Below, in pieces: positions 26,142 through 36,080 of a stretch of DNA of 64,000 nt (position 1 is its first letter; every line of letters starts with the position of its first letter). The stretch covers positions 2,353 to 66,352 of the forward strand of contig JBFIML010000018.1 of NCBI GenBank assembly GCA_041611735.1, written 5' to 3'. The notes under the pieces were generated by a model, which saw nothing but the letters and a program-made list of their open reading frames with translations, did no database searches and had not been told where the DNA came from. The DNA comes from Myxococcota bacterium (lineage in GTDB: Bacteria; Myxococcota_A; UBA9160; PR03). Position numbers and translations under genes: made by a program.

Positions 26142-27059
26142 ATGGCGCAGGCCGAGTACGCGAAGCGGCAGGGCCTCTTCGGACCGGGGAGCGTGACCTG
26201 GCGCATCAACCGGGAGGCGGTCCTCCTGCTGGGAGGACCACGCGCCCTGCTCCTGCAGCTCGCCCATCCCCTGGTGGCGGCGGGGGTGGCGGAGCACAGC
26301 GACTTCCGGCGGGCTCCGCTGGTGCGGCTGCGCCGCACGCTCGAGCTCACGCTCGGGATCGTGTTCGGGGACGAGCGCTCGGCGCGGGCCTGCGCGGCCC
26401 GGGTGCGCTCGGTGCACGAGCGGGTGCACGGCGTCCTGCCCACGGCCACGCCGCACCGTGCCGCCGGCACGCCCTACTCGGCGCTGGATCCCGCACTCCT
26501 GCTCTGGGTGCACGCGACCCTGGTGGACACCTCGCTCCTGGTCTACCAACGCCTGGTGGCCCCGCTGGCCCTGTCCGAACGGCAGCGCTTCTACCAGGAG
26601 TCGAAGCAGAGCGCGGCGCTGTTCGGGGTGCCCGCCGCGGCCATCCCACCCGACCTGCGCGCCTTCCAGCGCTACGTGCGGGAGATGATCGCCGGCCACG
26701 AGCTGGAGGTCTCGCCCGAGGCGCGCGAGCTGGCCGACCTGGTGCTGCATCCGCCGATCGCGGGCGTGCCCCGCTGGCTGGGGGACCTGGGCGGCGTGAT
26801 CACCCTGGGGCTCCTGCCGGCAGCCCTCCGCCGCCGCTACGGGCTCCCGTGGGCCGGACGCCATCGGCACGGCTTCCGTCTGGCCGTGGGCCTGGTGCGG
26901 CGCACCCTGCCCCTGCTGCCGGCGCCGCTGCGGCTGTTTCCGGCGGCCCGCCAGGCGGAGCGCCGGCTGCGCGTGCGACCGTCCCAGCCGGACGACGGGA
27001 GGCCGCCATGGCCGTGCGCCTCGAGCTTCCGGAGCGCCACCCGCACGTGGCGCTGGTGA
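26142..27059 (+). CDS. DUF2236 / MpaB-family oxygenase-like protein
   Basis: ATG is at 26142. Diagnostic segments are LFGPGSVTWRINREAVLLLGGPRALLLQLAHPLVAAGVAEHS and RVRSVHERVHG...LLWVHATL. Confidence 0.7.
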   Translation: MAQAEYAKRQGLFGPGSVTWRINREAVLLLGGPRALLLQLAHPLVAAGVAEHSDFRRAPLVRLRRTLELTLGIVFGDERSARACAARVRSVHERVHGVLPTATPHRAAGTPYSALDPALLLWVHATLVDTSLLVYQRLVAPLALSERQRFYQESKQSAALFGVPAAAIPPDLRAFQRYVREMIAGHELEVSPEARELADLVLHPPIAGVPRWLGDLGGVITLGLLPAALRRRYGLPWAGRHRHGFRLAVGLVRRTLPLLPAPLRLFPAARQAERRLRVRPSQPDDGRPPWPCASSFRSATRTWRW

Positions 27060-27817
27060 CGCTGGATCGCCCGGAGCGGGCCAACGCCCTGGATCCCCCC
27101 ACCCTGCGCGCCCTGGCGGAGACCTGGCGCCGCGTGGCCGGCGACGAGGCCATCCGCTGCGTGGTTCTGACGGGGGCCGGCGACCGCGTCTTCTGCGCGG
27201 GCATGGACCTCCACCGCACGATTCCCGCCGCCCAGCGCCTGGCGCGCGGCGAGCGCATCGACCCCGAGGAGTTCGAGGGGCTGCGCGCGGTGGCCACCGC
27301 CACCCTGACGGACTTCGATCTCGGCAAGCCGCTGGTGGCCGCAGTGAACGGACACGCGCGCGCCGGAGGCTTCGACCTGATGCTCGCCGCGGAGGTGCGT
27401 CTGGCCGTGCCCCACGCCAGCTTCGCCCTGGAGGAGGTGGCGCTCGGCCTCTACCCGACCGGGCACGCCACGGTGCTGCTGCCGCGTCAGATCCCCTGGG
27501 TCCACGCCCAGGAGCTGCTCCTCACCGGCCGGCCCATGGACGCCGCGCGGGCGGCGGAGATCGGTCTCGTGAACCGCGTGGTCCCCGCCGCCGCGCTGCT
27601 CGGCGCCGCCCTGGAGCTGGCGGACGCCATCGCTGCCAATGCGCCCCTGGCGGTGCGCGCCACCCGGGCGGGGGTGCGGGAGCTGCTGGCCCTCTCCCTT
27701 CCCGAAGCCTACCGCCGCCAGGAGGCCCTCGGGCGTCCGCTGCGCGCCAGCGAGGACGCCCGCGAGGGGGCCCGGGCGGCCCGCGAGAAGCGGCGCCCCG
27801 TCTGGCAGGGGCGCTGA
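27008..27817 (+). CDS. enoyl-CoA hydratase/isomerase (crotonase) family protein
   Basis: ATG is at 27008. Diagnostic segments are VALVTLDRPERANAL, VVLTGAGDRVFCAGMDL, PLVAAVNGHARAGGFDLMLAAEVRLA and GLVNRVVP. Confidence 0.88.
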   Translation: MAVRLELPERHPHVALVTLDRPERANALDPPTLRALAETWRRVAGDEAIRCVVLTGAGDRVFCAGMDLHRTIPAAQRLARGERIDPEEFEGLRAVATATLTDFDLGKPLVAAVNGHARAGGFDLMLAAEVRLAVPHASFALEEVALGLYPTGHATVLLPRQIPWVHAQELLLTGRPMDAARAAEIGLVNRVVPAAALLGAALELADAIAANAPLAVRATRAGVRELLALSLPEAYRRQEALGRPLRASEDAREGARAAREKRRPVWQGR

Positions 27818-27830
27818 AGGAGGACGACTC

Positions 27831-29246
27831 GTGACGCACTGGGAGCGGCTCAGCGCCCTGGACGCCCACTTCCTCGATCTCGAGGACGAGGGCACCCACC
27901 TGCACACGGGCATCGTGCTGGTCTTCGAGCCGGGCCCGCTGGCCACCGAGGGCGGCGGCCTCGACATCGAGCGCCTGCGCACATTCGTGGCGGCCGCCCT
28001 GCACCGCATGCCGCGCTACCGGCAGCGTCTCGCGTGGATCCCCTTCGAACGCCACCCGGTCTGGGTGGACGATCCGAACTTCAACCTGAACTTCCACGTG
28101 CGGCACATGAGACTGCCCCATCCGGGCGACGAGCGGCTGCTCAAGCGCCTGACGGGCCTGCTGATCTCCCAGAAGCTGGACCGCGGCAAGCCGCTCTGGG
28201 AGATGTGGGTCGTGGAGGGTCTCGAGGGCGGCCGCTTCGCCATGCTGGGCAAGATCCACCACTGCATGGTGGACGGGATCGCCGGCGTCGAGATGCTGGC
28301 GGCCCTGCTGCGTCCGAGCCCCGACGCGAAGCTCGAGAAGCCACCCCGCTGGCGTCCGCGGCCGGCCCCGAGTGGAGCCCGGCTGCTGGCCGGGGAGGCC
28401 CTGCGCCGAGCGGGGGAGCCCTTCGCCCTGCTGGGCACCGCGGCGCGCGCCGCACGCGCCCCCCGCCGCACCGCGGCGGCGGCCTGGGACGGAGCCCTGG
28501 GCATGCTGGAGGCCCTCGGCCCGACGCTGCGCCCCGCCGCCGCCACGCCGCTCAATCCGCCGCACATCGGCCCCCATCGCCGCTACGACTGGCTGCGCTT
28601 CGATCTTTCCGAGGTGAAGGAGATCCGGGGCCGCCTCGGCGGCACCGTCAACGACGTGGTGCTCGCCACCGTGGCCGGGGCGGTGGGTCGCTTCCTGCGA
28701 GGTCGCGGCTTCCGGGTGGGGCCGGATCTCGACTTCCGGGCCTTCGTGCCCGTGAACGTGCGCCGACGCGAGGAGCACGGGCCGGGCAACCGCGTGGCGC
28801 TGCTCACCGCCCGGCTGCCCGTGGGCGAGCGCGATCCACGCCGGCGCCTGCGCCTGGTCTCGGAGACCACGCGCCGCTTGAAGCACTCCAAGCAGGTCCA
28901 CGGCGCGGAGCTCCTGGAGGAGATCGCCGACTGGACCGCCACGGCGGTCGTCACCTCGAGCATGCGCCTGGCCACGCGTCGACGCGCCTTCAACCTGGTG
29001 GTGACCAACGTGCCGGGGCCCACGATTCCCCTCTACCTGCTGGGCGCGCCGCTGCTCGAGACGTATCCCGTGGTGCACCTCTACCCGAACCAGGCCGTGG
29101 CCATGGCACTCTTCAGCTACCGCAACGGCCTCCACTGGGGCGTCAACTCGGACTGGGACCGGATGCCGGATCTGCACGACCTGATCGAGGGCCTGGCCCT
29201 GGAGTTCGAGGCGCTGCGCAAGGTGGCCGGGGCGGCCCGGGCGTGA
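27831..29246 (+). CDS. wax ester synthase / diacylglycerol O-acyltransferase (WS/DGAT)
   Basis: GTG 27831 is preceded by GAAGGAGGA. The catalytic HHxxxDG motif appears as HHCMVDGIAG. The N-terminus (THWERLSALDAHFLDLED) and C-terminus (NLVVTNVPGP...LYLLGAP) are typical of the family. Confidence 0.88.
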   Translation: MTHWERLSALDAHFLDLEDEGTHLHTGIVLVFEPGPLATEGGGLDIERLRTFVAAALHRMPRYRQRLAWIPFERHPVWVDDPNFNLNFHVRHMRLPHPGDERLLKRLTGLLISQKLDRGKPLWEMWVVEGLEGGRFAMLGKIHHCMVDGIAGVEMLAALLRPSPDAKLEKPPRWRPRPAPSGARLLAGEALRRAGEPFALLGTAARAARAPRRTAAAAWDGALGMLEALGPTLRPAAATPLNPPHIGPHRRYDWLRFDLSEVKEIRGRLGGTVNDVVLATVAGAVGRFLRGRGFRVGPDLDFRAFVPVNVRRREEHGPGNRVALLTARLPVGERDPRRRLRLVSETTRRLKHSKQVHGAELLEEIADWTATAVVTSSMRLATRRRAFNLVVTNVPGPTIPLYLLGAPLLETYPVVHLYPNQAVAMALFSYRNGLHWGVNSDWDRMPDLHDLIEGLALEFEALRKVAGAARA

Positions 29247-31548
29247 GGGCGGCGGCGCGCCAGGTGCGCAGCACGAGACGCTCCGCGAGCCCCACCAGGA
29301 CCGCGCCGTCGCGGCCGGTCCATCCGAGGACGTAGCCGGCCCGTCTCACCCGCTCGCGCACCGACTCGTGCGGCATCTCGAACCGTCCCTGGAAGGGCGC
29401 CGAGGCGATGGCCAGTCTCCCCCCGACCGCCTGGAGGAAGCCGGCGCCGGAGGAAGTTCGGCTTCCGTGGTGGGCGAGCTTCAGCACGTCGGCGCAGAGC
29501 GCGGCACGCGCGTGGGCCACCAGCGCCGCCTCCCCCGCCGCCTCCAGGTCACCGGGCAGCAGCACGCGACGCCCGCCGGCCACGTCCACCCGCACGACCA
29601 GGGAGCGATCGTTGCGCGAGAGTCCGGACGCTCCCGGTGGTGGCCAGAGCGGCGTCACCCGGAGGTCGCCGCGCCGCCAGGGGCCGTCCCGGGCACTGCG
29701 CTCGTGCACGACGGCGCCCGCCACGCGGGCGGCTTGCAGGAGCTCGCCGAGGGCCGGGCTCGCACTCGCCTGGGGCGGCACCCAGACCTCGTCCACCGCG
29801 AGGGCGCGCAGCACGCTCGCCACTCCGCCCCGGTGGTCGAGATCCGCGTGGCTCACCACCAGGAGATCGAGGCGCCCCACGCCGAGGGCGCGCAGGGCGG
29901 GCACCACCACCCGGTGTCCGAGGTCCGGGCCGTCCGGGAGGGCCGTGCCCGCATCCACCAGGACCGCGGCCTGGCGTCCCTGCACCAGGCTCGCGTCGCC
30001 CTGCCCCACGTCGAGGAAGACGGCCCGAGGCGGAGGCGGCGCCACGCCCGCCGGAGGCGCCAGCAGCAGGAGCGCTGCCTGGGCGAGCGCCGCCCCCGCC
30101 CGCAAGGCCGTTGTCCGGCTGCGCAGCGCGGCCACGGCCAGGGCCAGCGCGGCGAGCAGCGTCGCTGCGGCGGGTCGCGCCACCGCCAGCTCCGGCGCCT
30201 GCGACGCCACCGCCTCGATCGCCCGCACCGTGACCGCCGCCGGCACCACGCACGCGGCGAGCGGGAGGGTTGCGCCGACGCCGGCCAGGGCCGCGCCCAG
30301 CAGGGCGAGCGGAAGCAGCACGGCGCCGGTCACGGGGACCAGGACCAGGTTCGTGACGAGTGCGGTGGGGGCCAGCAGACCGAGCTGCGCCGCCGCCACG
30401 GGAGCCGTCGCCAGCAGCGCCGTGGCGGTGGTGTGGACGCCGTCCGCGATGCGCCGGCCCGGGCCCGGAAGTCCTTCCCGCTCGACGCGACGCCGACTGG
30501 CCAGCAGCAGGGCCCCGCAGGCGGCGAAGGACATCTGCGCGCCCGGCTCGAAGAGGGCGGCCGGCTCGGCGGCCAGGACGAGAAGGGCCGCCGCCGCCAG
30601 AACGTTGCCGGGGCGGACCGGACGACGCACCGCGAGGGCCAGGGCGAAGCCGAGCAGCAGGACGAGGGCACGCCGCACCGGGACGCCCCACCCGGCCAGG
30701 AGCGCGTACCCGAAGGCGGCCAGGAGGGCGGCGAGCAGCGCTCCACGGCGGGGATCGCAGCGCACCGCCAGGGTGGGGATGCGCAGCAGCATGCGGTGGA
30801 CGAGGCCAAAGGCGAGCGCCGCCACCAGCGCCACGTGCAGGCCCGAGACCGCCAGCAGGTGCGCCAGGCCGAGACGTCCGAAAGCCCGGCGCAACGTCTC
30901 CGACAGCCCGCCGCGCTCACCCAGGGCGAGGGCGGCCAGGAGCGCCCCGCCCGCACCCCGCTCTGCCAGTCGCTCGGCGCTACGGCGGCGCCAGGCTTCG
31001 AGGCCCTGCAGGGAGGGCCAGGGCGACGGATCGTGGCGGCGCACCACCAGCGCGGGATGGCTCGGTGTTCCGACGGCGGCGATGCCGCGTCGCGCCAGAC
31101 CTTGCGTGCGGTCCGTCCCGCCCGGATTGGCGGGGGAGCGCGGCGCGCGCAGGCGCACCTGCACGCGCAGGCGATCGCCGCGCAGCGCGTGGGCCAGGGG
31201 CGCCGCCGACTCGCCCGGACGCCAGCGCGCGTGCAGGCGCACCCGCCGGGGCACGGGGCCCCGCCCGGTGGCTTCCGCCACGCTCACCAGATCGACGCGC
31301 ACCCCGCTCGGGAAGCGGTCGACGCCGATGGCGCGGCCTTCGACCAACGCCTCGGTGGGTGTCGTCGGCCGCTCGCGCGCCACCGTCTCGAGACGCACCG
31401 CCAGGGCGGCGGCCCCCGCGGCGGCGGCCACCCCGAGAGCCAGGGCGGCACGCCATGCGCGCCGCCGCGTGGCGCAAGCGGCGGCCAGGGCCACGGCGCC
31501 TGCCGCCAGCGCAACGCGCAGCCCCACCAGGCCGCGGTCCGCGGCCAC
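29143..31548 (-). CDS. comEC: DNA internalisation competence protein ComEC/Rec2 (OB/DUF4131 + competence TM domain + MBL domain)
   Basis: Diagnostic segments are LAHLLAVSGLHVALV, VFLDVGQGDASLV, SHADLDHRGG and DVLKLAHHGSRTSS. The start is GTG and uncertain. The non-conserved 3' tail overlaps the convergent WS/DGAT gene by 104 nt. Confidence 0.88.
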   Translation of the reverse strand: MAADRGLVGLRVALAAGAVALAAACATRRRAWRAALALGVAAAAGAAALAVRLETVARERPTTPTEALVEGRAIGVDRFPSGVRVDLVSVAEATGRGPVPRRVRLHARWRPGESAAPLAHALRGDRLRVQVRLRAPRSPANPGGTDRTQGLARRGIAAVGTPSHPALVVRRHDPSPWPSLQGLEAWRRRSAERLAERGAGGALLAALALGERGGLSETLRRAFGRLGLAHLLAVSGLHVALVAALAFGLVHRMLLRIPTLAVRCDPRRGALLAALLAAFGYALLAGWGVPVRRALVLLLGFALALAVRRPVRPGNVLAAAALLVLAAEPAALFEPGAQMSFAACGALLLASRRRVEREGLPGPGRRIADGVHTTATALLATAPVAAAQLGLLAPTALVTNLVLVPVTGAVLLPLALLGAALAGVGATLPLAACVVPAAVTVRAIEAVASQAPELAVARPAAATLLAALALAVAALRSRTTALRAGAALAQAALLLLAPPAGVAPPPPRAVFLDVGQGDASLVQGRQAAVLVDAGTALPDGPDLGHRVVVPALRALGVGRLDLLVVSHADLDHRGGVASVLRALAVDEVWVPPQASASPALGELLQAARVAGAVVHERSARDGPWRRGDLRVTPLWPPPGASGLSRNDRSLVVRVDVAGGRRVLLPGDLEAAGEAALVAHARAALCADVLKLAHHGSRTSSGAGFLQAVGGRLAIASAPFQGRFEMPHESVRERVRRAGYVLGWTGRDGAVLVGLAERLVLRTWRAAALTPGPPRPPCAAPRTPGPGPRSGRADPASGPSPS

Positions 31549-31639
31549 GAGACCGATCGCGTGGGCAAGGGTCAGGAGCGGGAGCAGCCCGATGACGAGC
31601 CCGCCCGGGACCCAGGTGGAGGCGCGGAGGGAGGCGCGC

Positions 31640-32020
31640 CTAGTGCAACGTTCCGGACCTCGAGCCGGAGCGCGAGCGCATGCGGGTCACGTAGGTGGAG
31701 AGGATGCGTAGGGCCTCGTCCACCTTGCGCAGCTCGTCGGCGAAGCCGGCCAGCATGCGCTGGATGTCGTGCACGTCGCGCACGTTGCGGCGGCGCCGGT
31801 GCTCCACGTCCCGGTGCATGCCGTGGGCCAGGGCGGCCCCCGCCAGGGCCGCGTCGTAGGCCTCCGGCGAGAGGCGCGGCGTGAAGGCGGCCAGGCGCCG
31901 GGACAGCTCGGCGCTCACCTCGTCCGCCACCCCGAGCCGGGCCAGGTCCTCGCGGATGCGGTTGCGGCGCGGTTGCCCCGGTGTGTCCCCGGGGCGCGGG
32001 TCTCTCGGTCTCGCCCCCAT
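31640..32020 (-). CDS. hypothetical protein (126 aa)
   Basis: The internal ATG (comp. 32018-32020) has GAGGAG 9 nt upstream. The helical-looking sequence reads ...DIQRMLAGFADELRKVDEALRILSTYVTRMR. No family was recognised. The track start at 32119 is an alternative. Confidence 0.5.
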   Translation of the reverse strand: MGARPRDPRPGDTPGQPRRNRIREDLARLGVADEVSAELSRRLAAFTPRLSPEAYDAALAGAALAHGMHRDVEHRRRRNVRDVHDIQRMLAGFADELRKVDEALRILSTYVTRMRSRSGSRSGTLH

Positions 32021-32203
32021 GGATCGTGCTCCTCGTCTTCTGTCGGGCTCCCGGCAATGGAGCAAGAACGATGCCAGGCCGGCGATCCCGCCCTGGAGTC
32101 GGAAGTCTTCGGTTTCCATCGCGAAACCGCTCCGGAGCCGGGAGCGGCCGGGCGCGCCCGCGCCCCCGCCGATGGACCCGGGCTCACCTTTGTGGGAAGC
32201 ACT

Positions 32204-34078
32204 TTACTCATCCGGCCCCGGCGGCACGTCGCCGAGGCCGTCGAGGAAGGCGCGCACCAGCCGGGCCTCGGAGGCCGAGAGACCCGGCACGGCCGCCAGC
32301 TGGACCTCGCTCGCCGCACGGATGGCGCGCAAGGAGCCCAACTGCCGCAGCAGTGCACGCCGCTTGCGCGGACCGATGCCCGGGATCTCCTCCAGGATCG
32401 AGGTGAGCCCGGCGCGTTGCCGCAGGTTGCGCTGGAACTCGATGGCGAAGCGATGCGCTTCGTCGCGGATGCGCTGCACCAGGAGCAGCGCCGGAGAGCT
32501 GGCCGGCAGGCGCACGGGATCCTTGCGGCCGGGCACGAAGAGGCGCTCCGCCTTGAGGCCGCCGCCGCGGCGCACCCGCCCGCTGGCGCTGCCGGGATCG
32601 CGCTGCTTGGCGAGACCCACCGCCTCCGCTCGCAGCCCCGCGTCGTGCAGGGCGGCCAGCACCACGCCGAGCTGCCCCCTGCCCCCGTCCACCACGAGCA
32701 GGTCCGGCAGGGGCTCGCCCGCCACGCGGGCCAGCCGTCGCGCCATCACCTCGCGCAGGCAGGCGAGATCGTCGTCGCCCGCCGCCTGGCGGATGCGGTA
32801 GCGCCGGTAGTCGGCCTTGGCGGGACGGCCGCCCTCGAACACGACGCGGCTCGCCACGCTGTGACTGCCGCCCAGGGTGGACACGTCGTAGCACTCGATG
32901 CGCCGCGGCGGGCGCGGGAGTCCGAGCGCCCGGGCCAGCTCCGCCAGCGCGCCCGCCAGGCTCTCCTGAGCCTGGAGCCGCCGCTCGAGGCCCACCTCCG
33001 CATTGGCGCTCGCCATGGCCGCAAGCTCGCGCAGGGGACCTCGCTGCGGCGTGCGGAAGGCCACCCGCCGGCCCGCCCGTTCGGTGCACAGGGCTGCCAG
33101 CGCCTCCGGGTCGTCGGGAGCCAGCGCCGTCACCACCTGGCGCGGCACCGGGCGCTCCGGATCGCCGTAGTACTGGCCGAGAAAGGAGCCGAGCGCCTCC
33201 GCGTCCGGCAGCTCCACGCCCGAGAAGCTCCAGGCCGCCGTTCCCGTCACGCGTCCGCCCCGCACGTGCAGCGCGTGCACCTCCAGCTCGCCGCCGCGCC
33301 GCGCGACGCCGAACACGTCCCGGTCCACGGCGCGCTGGGTCACGATCTGCTGGCGCTCGACGGTCTTCTCCACGGCGGTGATGCGGTCGCGCAGGCGGGC
33401 CGCCTCCTCGAAGCGCTCGGCGTCGGCGGTCTCGCGCATGCGTGCCGTCAGGTCGCGCACCAGCTCGTCGGCGCGGCCGCGCAGGAAGAGAGCCGTCCCG
33501 CGCACGAGCTCGGCGTAGGGCTCTTCCTCCACGAGGCCCACGCACGGACCCAGGCAGCGCTTCATCTCGAACTCGATGCACGGCCGGCCGCGCCGGGCAT
33601 AGTCCCGGAAGACGGCCTCGCTACACGAGCGCAACGGGAAGATGCGGCGCAGGTTCGACACCGCCTCGCGCATGGCGGCACTCGAGGTGTAGGGTCCGAA
33701 GTACCAGGCGCCGTCCTCCCGGAAGCGCCGCACCGGCACCAGCCGCGGCCAGCGCTCCCGGGGGTCCAGGCGCAGGCCCAGGTACTGCTTGTCGTCGCGC
33801 AGGCGCACGTTGAAAGGCGGCCGGTGGCGCTTGATGAGCTCGTTCTCGAGCAGGAGCGCGTCCTTCACGGTGGGCGTCACCACTACGTCCACGTCCGTCG
33901 CCTGCTCCACCAGCCGCGGGATGCGTACGCGCCCGTCCCCGCCGGGCGCCAGGTAGGAGCGTGCCCGCGTGCGCAGGTTCTGGGCCTTGCCCACGTAGAG
34001 CACGCGCCCGCGGGCGTTCTTGAACAGGTAGACGCCCGGCCCGCTGGGCAGTGCGTCGACGCGTTCCTCGAGCCCCAT
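32204..34078 (-). CDS. uvrC: excinuclease ABC subunit C
   Basis: The GIY-YIG N-terminus is GPGVYLFKNARGRVLYVGKAQNLRTR. A UvrBC-interaction region, an endonuclease domain and a C-terminal (HhH)2 (LTSILEEIPGIGPKRRRALL) follow. Confidence 0.95.
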   Translation of the reverse strand: MGLEERVDALPSGPGVYLFKNARGRVLYVGKAQNLRTRARSYLAPGGDGRVRIPRLVEQATDVDVVVTPTVKDALLLENELIKRHRPPFNVRLRDDKQYLGLRLDPRERWPRLVPVRRFREDGAWYFGPYTSSAAMREAVSNLRRIFPLRSCSEAVFRDYARRGRPCIEFEMKRCLGPCVGLVEEEPYAELVRGTALFLRGRADELVRDLTARMRETADAERFEEAARLRDRITAVEKTVERQQIVTQRAVDRDVFGVARRGGELEVHALHVRGGRVTGTAAWSFSGVELPDAEALGSFLGQYYGDPERPVPRQVVTALAPDDPEALAALCTERAGRRVAFRTPQRGPLRELAAMASANAEVGLERRLQAQESLAGALAELARALGLPRPPRRIECYDVSTLGGSHSVASRVVFEGGRPAKADYRRYRIRQAAGDDDLACLREVMARRLARVAGEPLPDLLVVDGGRGQLGVVLAALHDAGLRAEAVGLAKQRDPGSASGRVRRGGGLKAERLFVPGRKDPVRLPASSPALLLVQRIRDEAHRFAIEFQRNLRQRAGLTSILEEIPGIGPRKRRALLRQLGSLRAIRAASEVQLAAVPGLSASEARLVRAFLDGLGDVPPGPDE

Positions 34079-34085
34079 CGATCCT

Positions 34086-36080
34086 CTAGCGGCGGCGGAG
34101 CTGCTCCGCCTCCAGGGCGCGGACCCGGTCGCGCAGCTCCGCCGCCCGCTCGAAGTCCAGGGCGCGGGCCGCCTCGGCCATCTCCCGGCGCAGCCCCTCC
34201 AGCAGGGCCGGGATCTCGTGCGCCGGGATGCCCGCCTCGGGCCGCTCGCGAACGGTGGGGACCGTCACGTAGTCCGCCTCCCAGATCGACTCCCGCAGGC
34301 TCGAGATGCGCTTGCGCACCGTCTGGGGCGTGATCCCGTGCTCCTCGTTGTAGCGCTGCTGGATCTCCCGGCGCCGCTCGGTCTCCTCCAGGGTCTCGCG
34401 GATCGAGCCCGTGCGCCGATCCGCATACAGGATCACGCTCCCGTTCACGTTGCGCGCCGCCCGCCCGATGGTCTGGATCAGCGAGCGGGTGGAGCGCAGG
34501 AAACCCTCCTTGTCCGCATCCAGCACCGCAACCAGGGACACCTCCGGGATGTCGAGACCCTCGCGCAACAGGTTGATCCCCACCAGCACGTCGAACTTCC
34601 CCTCCCGCAGCTCGCGAATGATCTCGGTGCGCTCGATGGTCTGGATGTCGCTGTGCAGGTAGCGTACGCGGATGCCGTGCTCGGCGTAGTAGTCGGTGAG
34701 CTCCTCGGCCATGCGCTTGGTGAGGGTGGTGACGAGCACCCGCTCTTTGCTCTCCACCCGTTTGCGGATCTCACCCAACAGGTCGTCCACCTGCCCGGCG
34801 GCGCGCCGCACCTCCACGCCGGGATCCGTCAGCCCGGTGGGGCGGATGATCTGCTCCACCACCACCCCGCTGGATTGGCGCAGTTCCCAGTCTCCCGGGG
34901 TGGCCGAGACGTACAGGGCCTGCTGCACGCGCCCCTCCCACTCGTCGAAGCGCAGCGGGCGGTTGTCCAGCGCGCTCGGCAGGCGCCAGCCGTACTCCAC
35001 GAGGGTCTCCTTGCGCACCCGATCGCCCCGGTACATGCCGCCGAGCTGCGGAACCGTGATGTGGCTCTCGTCGAGGACCAGCAGGAAGTCCTTGGGGAAG
35101 TAGTCGAACAGCGTGTACGGCGCTGCGCCGGGTGCGCGACCGTCGAGCCAGCGCGAGTAGTTCTCGACCCCGTGGCAGAAGCCCATCTCCTCCAGCATCT
35201 CCAGGTCGTACAGGGTGCGCTGCTCGAGGCGCTGCGCTTCCAGCAGCTTGCCAAGCTCCCGGAACTCCGCCAAGCGCTCCTGGAGCTCGCCGCGAATGCC
35301 CTGGATGGCCCGCTTCAAGATGTTGTCCGTCGCCACGTAGTGACTGGCGGGGAAGACCAGTGCGCGCCGGGGACGGGTCAGCACGCGGCCGCGCAGGGGA
35401 TCGATCTCGGCGATGTTCTCCACCTCGTCGCCGAAGAACTCGATCCGGATGGCCCGCTCGTGCTCGTACTGCGGAAAGACCTCCACCACGTCCCCGCGCA
35501 CCCGGAACGTGCCGCGATGGAAGTCGACGTCGTTGCGCTCGTACAGCATGTCCACGAGCCGGCGCAGCAGCTCGTCGCGTCCGATGCGCGTGCCGACCTC
35601 CACGTAGGCGTGCATCTGCCCATAGGTCTCCGGAGCCCCCAGGCCGTAGATGCAGGACACGCTCGCCACCACCAGCACGTCCCTTCGCGTGAGGAGCGAG
35701 TGCGTCGTCGAGTGGCGCAGCTTGTCGATCTCGTCGTTGATGGAGGCGTCCTTCTCGATGTAGGTGTCGGTGCTGGGGATGTACGCCTCGGGCTGGTAGT
35801 AGTCGTAGTAGGACACGAAGTACTCGACGGCATTGTCCGGGAACAGGCCCTTGAACTCGGCGTAGAGCTGGGCCGCCAGGGTCTTGTTGGGCGCGATCAC
35901 GAGCGTCGGCCGCTGCACCTGCTCGACCACGCAGGCCACCGTGAAGGACTTGCCGCTCCCGGTGACTCCGAGGAGCGTCTGGTGCCGGGCGCCCGCCCCC
36001 ACCCCCTCCACCAGCGCCGCGATGGCCCGCGGCTGGTCGCCCTGGGGCTGGAACTCGGACACCAGGCGGAAGTCGCTCAT
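34086..36080 (-). CDS. uvrB: excinuclease ABC subunit B
   Basis: The true ATG is at comp. 36078-36080 ([20 protein letters not shown]). Walker A is [10 protein letters not shown], with DESH also present. The C-terminal UVR motif is [15 protein letters not shown]. The product is 664 aa. The ATG overlaps the cysS stop as ATGA. Confidence 0.96.
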   Translation of the reverse strand: MSDFRLVSEFQPQGDQPRAIAALVEGVGAGARHQTLLGVTGSGKSFTVACVVEQVQRPTLVIAPNKTLAAQLYAEFKGLFPDNAVEYFVSYYDYYQPEAYIPSTDTYIEKDASINDEIDKLRHSTTHSLLTRRDVLVVASVSCIYGLGAPETYGQMHAYVEVGTRIGRDELLRRLVDMLYERNDVDFHRGTFRVRGDVVEVFPQYEHERAIRIEFFGDEVENIAEIDPLRGRVLTRPRRALVFPASHYVATDNILKRAIQGIRGELQERLAEFRELGKLLEAQRLEQRTLYDLEMLEEMGFCHGVENYSRWLDGRAPGAAPYTLFDYFPKDFLLVLDESHITVPQLGGMYRGDRVRKETLVEYGWRLPSALDNRPLRFDEWEGRVQQALYVSATPGDWELRQSSGVVVEQIIRPTGLTDPGVEVRRAAGQVDDLLGEIRKRVESKERVLVTTLTKRMAEELTDYYAEHGIRVRYLHSDIQTIERTEIIRELREGKFDVLVGINLLREGLDIPEVSLVAVLDADKEGFLRSTRSLIQTIGRAARNVNGSVILYADRRTGSIRETLEETERRREIQQRYNEEHGITPQTVRKRISSLRESIWEADYVTVPTVRERPEAGIPAHEIPALLEGLRREMAEAARALDFERAAELRDRVRALEAEQLRRR

